A DNA stretch of 64,000 bases from an uncultured virus (IMG/VR IMGVR_UViG_3300028590_000012). Taxonomy: Duplodnaviria > Heunggongvirae > Uroviricota > Caudoviricetes. This document shows, in pieces, positions 57,701 through 64,000 of the stretch (position 1 is the first letter of the stretch; every line of letters begins with the position of its first letter). The stretch lies in IMG/VR virus record IMGVR_UViG_3300028590_000012; one strand, given 5' to 3'. Both the position numbers and the translations under genes were made by a program. The notes beneath the pieces are model-generated. The model did no database searches, had not been told where the DNA came from, and worked only from the letters and a program-made list of their open reading frames with translations.

Positions 57701-60015
57701 GGTTTGCGTTGCTGGCGATTCTTGGCAGCGTTGGATGTCAACTGCTGGGCTGTAGTTGCATCCTTGAGCGCCATGTCCTGAGAAGCTTTACGCTGTTTGA
57801 TCTCGATGTCGGCGTCCGTCTTGGCTCGAAGTGCGTTGATCTTCTCGGAGGTAAGCGCTCTTTGATCCTCGATCTTGGCCAGAACAGCAGGGTCAGGACC
57901 GGCAGGCGCTTCCTCTCCTTGAGCAGCTTGAGCCTGCTTTTCCATGATGGCTTGGATCTGTTCACCGGAATTATGCACAACCTCGTCGGCCTGCTGGAGG
58001 ATCTGCTTGTATTGTCCAACAAGCTGCTGGCCTGCGGGGTTGACAGCAATCTTCTCCACGGTTTCTGCGGTGTGGGCGGTGAGGAGTTGCAATCCTTGGA
58101 GCATTTCCACGGTCTTGGTGATGTCGTAGGGCTGCCCCGAGCCAACGATTTCCGCCGCCTGCTTGACCGCCTGACTGGTCTGCTCTGTGGCTGCGGGAAG
58201 GATGGAGGTATGGACCTTTGCGTGAACAAATACATCCTCGTCTGGCAGAACCGGCTGGAACGACCCCTTCATGAGGAGGGAGTTCTGAGTGAAAGCCAAT
58301 CCTTCTTGGTTGGTCAGGGATGGCGACGAGCCTGAGAACGTGTATCGGTTGGCGTTCTGGTAGTTTACCGCGTTGGCTGTGATGTCGTAGATCAAGTTCT
58401 GCCGTCCGCTTTCTGGATAGTAAGGCATCAACGGAAGAAGTTGGTTCAAGGCAAGCTGCCGAGCCGCTTCGGACCCAGATCCAATGGCACTGATGGATTC
58501 GAGCTTATCCACATCCAGCTTGTGGAAGGCTTCCAGGAGAGCATCACCGCCAAGCTTCAGGAGTTCTGCCCTCAGCTTCACGACGTAGCTTCCCCCATTC
58601 TCCAGTTCGCTGTAGTCAGGCCGGATGATACGGCGCACAATCTCGCGAAGGGTCAGTGTCCAGGGCGGACGGAAAAGGTTCTGTGAGGTGTTGGACATCT
58701 TGGCAATCGTGCCAAGGCGACCATTGAACTCCGCTGCGCTCATCTCCTTGGTGGAGTCCAGAAGGGCCTGCGTGTTTGCGTTCGCGGTCTGCTCCCGGAA
58801 CATGCTAGTGAAACTCTGGATGATCGGGAGAACCCCGGAGGAAATGTTCGGGACGATTGCCGAGGGAATGACGGTCAGGTTGGGGCTGATGACATTGAAA
58901 ATTCCCATCGGGGTGAACTGCATTTCCTGCATCGCAGACTCATCCCGAGGCTGTAGGATGGGAGCGCTACCAAAGGTTCCTACCTCCAAGAGTTGACTGT
59001 AGGCCCGGTTGAGGGCTCCTACGATGGGATAAATAACGTAACCCTGCCCACGGATGCCGTGGTAGTAGTCGTTACCCACCCCGTAGGTGTAGGCGACGTA
59101 CGCGTTGTAGCTGCTCTGGTAGCGGCCTACTTTGTGGCACAACCAATCTTCACCATTGTTGTCATCAGTGATGACCCCGTAGCTCATGCGCCCGTCGAAC
59201 TCCTGCCAGACCATATGGACAAGTCGGATGTTCTGCGTCTGGGCTACTCCGTAGGTCCAGAAGTAATCGTTGTTGCGGAGTTCGATTTCCAGCTTCTCCC
59301 ACTCGTAGAACTGCCATTGGCGGAACGTGTTCGAGTTGTTAATGGAGTGCATGATGACTTTGCGAACAGCCTCCACATTCCATCCATGGGCTTCTGCCAC
59401 CTCGGGGTCTTTGATGAACTGGTAAAGTTGGCTCTGGGAGTAGAACCGTAGCCAGCAGGCCACATCAATATTCTCCTGACCGACTTTCGTTTTTCGAGGG
59501 ATCTTGAAATCGCTCATCCCTTTGGAATCGAATCGCCAGTCGTACTCGTCATCGAAGGTCGCAAAGCTTACTGCGTGCTTGATGAAGGTAGAGGTCAGTC
59601 GAAGAAAGGTCGGCATGAAATCCGGCCAACTTCGGATCATCTGGGAGATTTTCTCCGCGATAATCCCTTCGTACTCCTTCTTCTTTTCAGGCGAAAGATT
59701 GGCCCGAGTAGGGCAGCTAAAAAGGGTTTGGATCGAGCTGATCATGTCGATGTACCCAGACTGGGCCATCTCCAGAACCATCGGAGCAAGGCCCCAGGAC
59801 ACGTTCACACGATACGATTGCCCGTTCGCATCAAGCTGGGCCTGATTGAGCGGAGGAGTGTTGTCGTAAAGAGCGTCGTGGCGGGCACGCTCCATAGACG
59901 ACATAGCATCAGCCATCCGAAGGGTGTTCCAAATCTGGTACCCCTTTTGGGCGGATTCAAGACGGGTCTTTGGAGGTGTCCCGTCAGGCTTGAGTGTGGA
60001 TAGCTGGTCAATCAT
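57697..60015 (-). CDS. Portal protein (putative)
   Basis: 772 aa with Gln/Ala-rich C-terminal helix; position in the head module. Confidence 0.7.
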   Translation of the reverse strand: MIDQLSTLKPDGTPPKTRLESAQKGYQIWNTLRMADAMSSMERARHDALYDNTPPLNQAQLDANGQSYRVNVSWGLAPMVLEMAQSGYIDMISSIQTLFSCPTRANLSPEKKKEYEGIIAEKISQMIRSWPDFMPTFLRLTSTFIKHAVSFATFDDEYDWRFDSKGMSDFKIPRKTKVGQENIDVACWLRFYSQSQLYQFIKDPEVAEAHGWNVEAVRKVIMHSINNSNTFRQWQFYEWEKLEIELRNNDYFWTYGVAQTQNIRLVHMVWQEFDGRMSYGVITDDNNGEDWLCHKVGRYQSSYNAYVAYTYGVGNDYYHGIRGQGYVIYPIVGALNRAYSQLLEVGTFGSAPILQPRDESAMQEMQFTPMGIFNVISPNLTVIPSAIVPNISSGVLPIIQSFTSMFREQTANANTQALLDSTKEMSAAEFNGRLGTIAKMSNTSQNLFRPPWTLTLREIVRRIIRPDYSELENGGSYVVKLRAELLKLGGDALLEAFHKLDVDKLESISAIGSGSEAARQLALNQLLPLMPYYPESGRQNLIYDITANAVNYQNANRYTFSGSSPSLTNQEGLAFTQNSLLMKGSFQPVLPDEDVFVHAKVHTSILPAATEQTSQAVKQAAEIVGSGQPYDITKTVEMLQGLQLLTAHTAETVEKIAVNPAGQQLVGQYKQILQQADEVVHNSGEQIQAIMEKQAQAAQGEEAPAGPDPAVLAKIEDQRALTSEKINALRAKTDADIEIKQRKASQDMALKDATTAQQLTSNAAKNRQQRKP

Positions 60016-60018
60016 GGA

Positions 60019-61296
60019 TTAGGCGGAAACTGGTTCCCTCTTCTTGCCAAACTTGCCCTCTGCCACGAGCTTCTTGGCCCGTTCGCTGGCAGCCTGCCGT
60101 TGCTCAGGAGTCCAGGCACGCTTGCCCTTCTTGGCTCCCCTTTTGTAGGAAGTTGGGACTTTCGGGGCTTCCGCAACAGGAGGGGCTTCTGCCACTGGCG
60201 TGGGCTCTGGCTCTGGCGCAGGAACGGATTGCGCTGGCGTTGCTACGGCAAGTCCGCTGTCGTCGTACTTCTGCGGAGCGGTGTTGCTGTGGGACGCTGC
60301 AAGTTCGCCAAACTTACGGACAGTCGGAGGGGGGAGTTTTTGATGGATAACTGGCGTGCTCTTCATCTCGCCAAGTCGGGATACGGGAGTTGGCGGGACC
60401 GGGACGTGTTGTTGCTTTGGAAGCGTGGCGGTCTGGTAGGGGGTGATATGCTGGAAGTAAGGCTTGGCCACCACCTTTGGAACGGGGATGGCTACCTTTG
60501 TCTCAACGGTAACCGTGCGAGAAGAGTCCACAACGTCGATCAGCGAACCATCCTTGCAACCATGGAGGATGAGGGTGTCTTTACCAAGAGGGCTGTTCCA
60601 GTGAATATCCCAGGCGTTACGGGCTTGCGAGTCGCAGACAATGGCCTCGCCTTCCACTCGGTAGTTGCAGGTATCCCGGTTGTTCTGGATCAGGGATGTT
60701 CGATTAAGGCTCTTCAGGGGATACCATTTGATGTGAGCGGCGAAATGGAACTGGATACCCCCCAAGCTTTTTAGGACCGGACAGGTTGACGAGAAATCTG
60801 CGGGGTAAATTCCAACAGGGGCCATATGCTCCCCGGCGTCTGTGAGTTCTCCTGCTACGGATTTGATGGTCTTCTCCATGGTCCCCATATACCGCCGCAT
60901 AGGACGGCCCTCTGCCTGGGCAAAGGTGGAGTCTGCGTAGTATTCCTGCTCAAGGATGGTCAGCCAGTTGGGAGCTACAGGAACACTGTCGAGTTCCATC
61001 CATAGCCATCCTTGATTGGGCTTGGCGTACTTGTGGATCAGGAATGCAGACTGCTGGAAGTAGGAATTACAGGCCCGAGGCCAGCCTTGGTTATTGGCAC
61101 TGACGAAAATCTCCACCCCACTGTTTTCAAAGAATGGGCGAAGCTTGTTCAACAATACATCAGCCTCAGTTCTGGCGTCTGGTCCAGCTACTACGAGAAG
61201 GTTGTGGCCGGTTCCGGGGTTGAACTTTTGGAACGCCTTTTCCATGGCGTCCATAAGGTGAGCGTCAGCGCGACTGATGGGCAGTACTACGAGCAT
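60019..61296 (-). CDS. Glycosyltransferase-like protein with Pro-rich/basic tail
   Basis: MLVVLPIS...GWPRACN...WLWMELDSVP (GT-A-like xExD motif). Confidence 0.45.
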   Translation of the reverse strand: MLVVLPISRADAHLMDAMEKAFQKFNPGTGHNLLVVAGPDARTEADVLLNKLRPFFENSGVEIFVSANNQGWPRACNSYFQQSAFLIHKYAKPNQGWLWMELDSVPVAPNWLTILEQEYYADSTFAQAEGRPMRRYMGTMEKTIKSVAGELTDAGEHMAPVGIYPADFSSTCPVLKSLGGIQFHFAAHIKWYPLKSLNRTSLIQNNRDTCNYRVEGEAIVCDSQARNAWDIHWNSPLGKDTLILHGCKDGSLIDVVDSSRTVTVETKVAIPVPKVVAKPYFQHITPYQTATLPKQQHVPVPPTPVSRLGEMKSTPVIHQKLPPPTVRKFGELAASHSNTAPQKYDDSGLAVATPAQSVPAPEPEPTPVAEAPPVAEAPKVPTSYKRGAKKGKRAWTPEQRQAASERAKKLVAEGKFGKKREPVSA

Positions 61297-61309
61297 ATCG
61301 TGTGTTGGG

Positions 61310-61867
61310 CTATTTACTCTTGTTGCTAGTTTCTTGCAAGATGTTCCTAGCGTGGCGATAGGCGGCATGTTTGATGCGCCACCATTTTACGGATTCCCTC
61401 GCAAGAGCGATTTTCATGGCAATCCTTCCCTTGGATTGGGCATTGAACAACCTGACCCACCGATCTCCCATTTCACCTTCAATATCAGCATGCCCAACTA
61501 TTTCTTTCGTCCCCTCTCGCCAACTCACCCAATCCAATTGGATGGGCTGAATTTCCCACGGGAACAACCATTTACGAGCCTTGTTGACCCCTAAATAGTG
61601 CTTCCATTTCCATGGTAACGAACAAAGAAACGCCCTTGTCTTCAAGGTTATGCTCGTCACGAGACTAGGTTTCGTACGATTCTCTAAAGCTCGCTTCATG
61701 GACTCTGCGCTACGTTGCGCCTCGCAATAACAGCATTTGCATTTTACGGGAATAAACCCATAACCATCGCGACCCTTGTTTACGAACTCTCCGAATGGTT
61801 GTCCTTTATTCATGATTTTTTCGATTCTGCTTCTTGAATCTCCTTCTGGCCCATTACTTTGAACCAT
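61310..61867 (-). CDS. Hypothetical protein
   Basis: 185-aa ORF; start uncertain. Confidence 0.35.
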   Translation of the reverse strand: MVQSNGPEGDSRSRIEKIMNKGQPFGEFVNKGRDGYGFIPVKCKCCYCEAQRSAESMKRALENRTKPSLVTSITLKTRAFLCSLPWKWKHYLGVNKARKWLFPWEIQPIQLDWVSWREGTKEIVGHADIEGEMGDRWVRLFNAQSKGRIAMKIALARESVKWWRIKHAAYRHARNILQETSNKSK

Positions 61868-62256
61868 TTGGTGATATTGGTTCCTTTCAGCGCAAGGGCT
61901 GCCTTGAGCTTGTTGCGGAACTCCTCGGAGACTTTCACCGCTATGCGAGGCTCATTCATCTTGTTTCTTCAAGCCCACCTCTTCCGCGTGCTTGATGGCA
62001 TCAGAGACAAGATCGAACTGTGGGCTGAACCAATGGCCAGAGTTACTACCCCAGCGGAACCCTCCTTCAGGGCGACTCAGGATGGCGATGGTGTGGGTCT
62101 GCTTTTCCAGCGCCCGTTCCGCCAGTCTGCGTGCTGCCCGATTTGCTCTGTCTCCGTTGATGTGCATGTGGGTATAAGTGCCACTATTGCAAGAAATGTG
62201 CGTTATGACAATCCCCATCTTGCAAATTCTTTGCATCTTCGTAGTATGCCCGAGAT

Positions 62257-64000
62257 ATGGCAGCAACACAGGCACCCCTTGCTCGTCCCTTTCGTGGACC
62301 AGAAACCAAGGGGTACTTCTACAAGTATGGATGGAACTGGGATAAGCGCTATGCACAGCCAGCCAACGCACTTTACCTAGAACTCCTCGCCTTCCGTATC
62401 CTCCCAGGAATAGAGCGTGTAGAACCCTTTAAGAACGTCTGTAGGATGCTTTGGCCCAACACGGCAGATTCCCCGAAGAAGTTCTATTTCAATGAGTGGA
62501 ACGAGAAGATGCTTCGGGAAGCCTGTAAGTGGAATTACTTGAGCGTGATTGGGTCGGGCTCCTCGGGAAAGTCAGCTTTCTTCGCGGTATGGGCCATCGT
62601 GAATTACCTGTGCGCGCCTGAATTAACGAAGGTACTATTGACCTCAACAACCCTTAACGATGCTCGCGGACGCATCTGGGGCGATGTTGTGGGATACTGG
62701 CTTGCTCGCCCAGGACTTCCGGGGAAACTTCTCAACTCACAAGGGACCATCCGTTTCCAAAACGGGGACAAGTTCTCGGACAAGAGCGGCATCACGCTGA
62801 TTGCCGGGGCTCCTACCAAAGCGCAGGAATCCGTGGCGAAGATGATCGGTTTCAAGAATCAGCGGTTGATCTTGATCGCAGACGAGCTTCCCGAGCTTTC
62901 CGAGGCGATTGTAGAGGCCGCTCTTACCAACCTCACCCTGAACCCGTACTTCCAGCTTGTTGGCATTGGCAACCCAAAGAATCGCTTTGATCCGATGTCC
63001 CGAATGACCATCCCAAAAAACGGGAACTGGGATTCGGTGAACGTGGATACCGGGGAATGGGAGACAAAGCTGGGCTACTGCCTGCATTTCGATGGCCTCA
63101 AATCCCCGAATGTTATCGCTGGACGAAACCTTTACCCAGGCATCATCACCCTCGACAAGGTCCAGGAGGCTATTGACCGGGTAGGCCCTAATTCCTCAGG
63201 CTTTTGGCGAATGGTGCGCGGGTTCTACTGCCCAATCGGTGAGGACAATACCATCTATTCCGACATCGAATTGGAGCAATGCGGGGCCATGCAGACGCTC
63301 GGCGAAGGGTTCGCGTGGCTGGACAATGACCTTACGCCTGTCGCGGCCCTGGACCCGTCCTACACCAATGGCGGTGACCGGACGATGATGATTTGGGGCG
63401 TGGTTGGGAAAAACCTGGAAGGAAAGAAAACACTCCTCATTACCGAATATTCCCCGCTGTTCGAAGATGTTGAGAACAAGGAACTCAATCGGACCCAGCA
63501 GATCATCTCCCAGTTCAAAGACCGTTGCCACAAGCTAGGCGTACAGCCCAAGCATATGGCCTTTGATGCGACCGGGGCAGGTAAGCCTTTCGGAGATGTT
63601 GTGGACCTGATGATTTCCAAGGAAGTCCTGAAGGTAGATTTTGGAGGACGCCCCAGCGATAAAGCTGTTTCAGCCTACGACCCTACCCCGGCAAGTGAAC
63701 GATATGTTAACCGGGTTTCGGAGTTGTGGTATTCGGGCTGCGAGTATTTCCGAACAGGCCAGATCAAAGGGCTGACTCGGGAAATTGCCAACGAGATGTG
63801 CCAGCGCAGGAAGTCAGAGGAAAAGGGGACTGGGCTCATCTTAAAGATCCGCGTGGAATCCAAGCGCGAGATGAAGGCCAGAAGCATCCCATCACCCGAT
63901 TTGTCCGATGCGCTATTCATCCTTTTGGAGGTCTGCCGGGAACGCCTAGGGTTTGACTCCGGTTCCGTACAGAGAGAAAAGAATCCTCAAAACAACTCCA
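62257..64000 (+). CDS. terL: Terminase large subunit (runs off the window)
   Basis: ATG at 62257; Walker A GSGSSGKS, Walker B LILIADE, GIGNP, RNase H-like AALDPS...FDATG...SPDLSDA. Confidence 0.9.
   Translation, partial: MAATQAPLARPFRGPETKGYFYKYGWNWDKRYAQPANALYLELLAFRILPGIERVEPFKNVCRMLWPNTADSPKKFYFNEWNEKMLREACKWNYLSVIGSGSSGKSAFFAVWAIVNYLCAPELTKVLLTSTTLNDARGRIWGDVVGYWLARPGLPGKLLNSQGTIRFQNGDKFSDKSGITLIAGAPTKAQESVAKMIGFKNQRLILIADELPELSEAIVEAALTNLTLNPYFQLVGIGNPKNRFDPMSRMTIPKNGNWDSVNVDTGEWETKLGYCLHFDGLKSPNVIAGRNLYPGIITLDKVQEAIDRVGPNSSGFWRMVRGFYCPIGEDNTIYSDIELEQCGAMQTLGEGFAWLDNDLTPVAALDPSYTNGGDRTMMIWGVVGKNLEGKKTLLITEYSPLFEDVENKELNRTQQIISQFKDRCHKLGVQPKHMAFDATGAGKPFGDVVDLMISKEVLKVDFGGRPSDKAVSAYDPTPASERYVNRVSELWYSGCEYFRTGQIKGLTREIANEMCQRRKSEEKGTGLILKIRVESKREMKARSIPSPDLSDALFILLEVCRERLGFDSGSVQREKNPQNNS

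Larger units (their letters stand above)
288..61157. repeat. Dispersed 14-bp quasi-palindrome CTTGTYNRACAATA (~20 exact copies plus variants)
   Basis: Copies start at 288, 2422, 3984, 10253, 12682, 14381, 17400, 27525, 30481, 33841, 35493, 38708, 40601, 41883, 44015, 48627, 50740, 53077, 58010, 61144. Confidence 0.9.

Noticed and set aside
288..61157. Dispersed repeat as a CRISPR array or LexA box
   Set aside because: Copies are kilobases apart with no repeat-spacer periodicity, and the core TTGT-N3-ACAA does not match the LexA boxes I know.
1..64000. Integrase/att site, DNA polymerase, reverse transcriptase/DGR, Ro60 or RtcB
   Set aside because: No recognisable motifs in this window; they could lie outside it.

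Overview
The window is a 64-kb piece of a tailed dsDNA phage genome. It is probably podovirus-like and no integrase is visible. A Verrucomicrobia/PVC-like host is only a guess from SD-poor starts. Modules: a giant virion/ejection ORF running off the left edge; a head module on the minus strand (portal, scaffold, major capsid); terminase large subunit running off the right edge on the plus strand; a lysis/membrane cluster with a GH75-like hydrolase; replication and recombination genes (DnaB, Cas4-like exonuclease, RusA-like); two DNA methyltransferases; free-standing HNH nucleases; and many small ORFs. The standout is a ~4.4-kb minus-strand RNA operon (11986->7545). It begins with a leaderless 32-codon peptide that uses 19 amino acids and 27 different codons, followed by an antiterminator/terminator switch. 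It then carries 36 tRNA genes covering all 20 amino acids, none with the canonical T-psi-C loop. Embedded in the array are a ~226-nt RNase P RNA lacking most of the specificity domain and a circularly permuted Y-RNA-like tRNA mimic. An HNH nuclease and a further candidate structured RNA close the operon. Together this looks like a self-processing backup tRNA set switched on by tRNA depletion. A 14-bp quasi-palindrome (CTTGTYNRACAATA) occurs about 20 times across the window. All calls were read by eye; no database searches were run.
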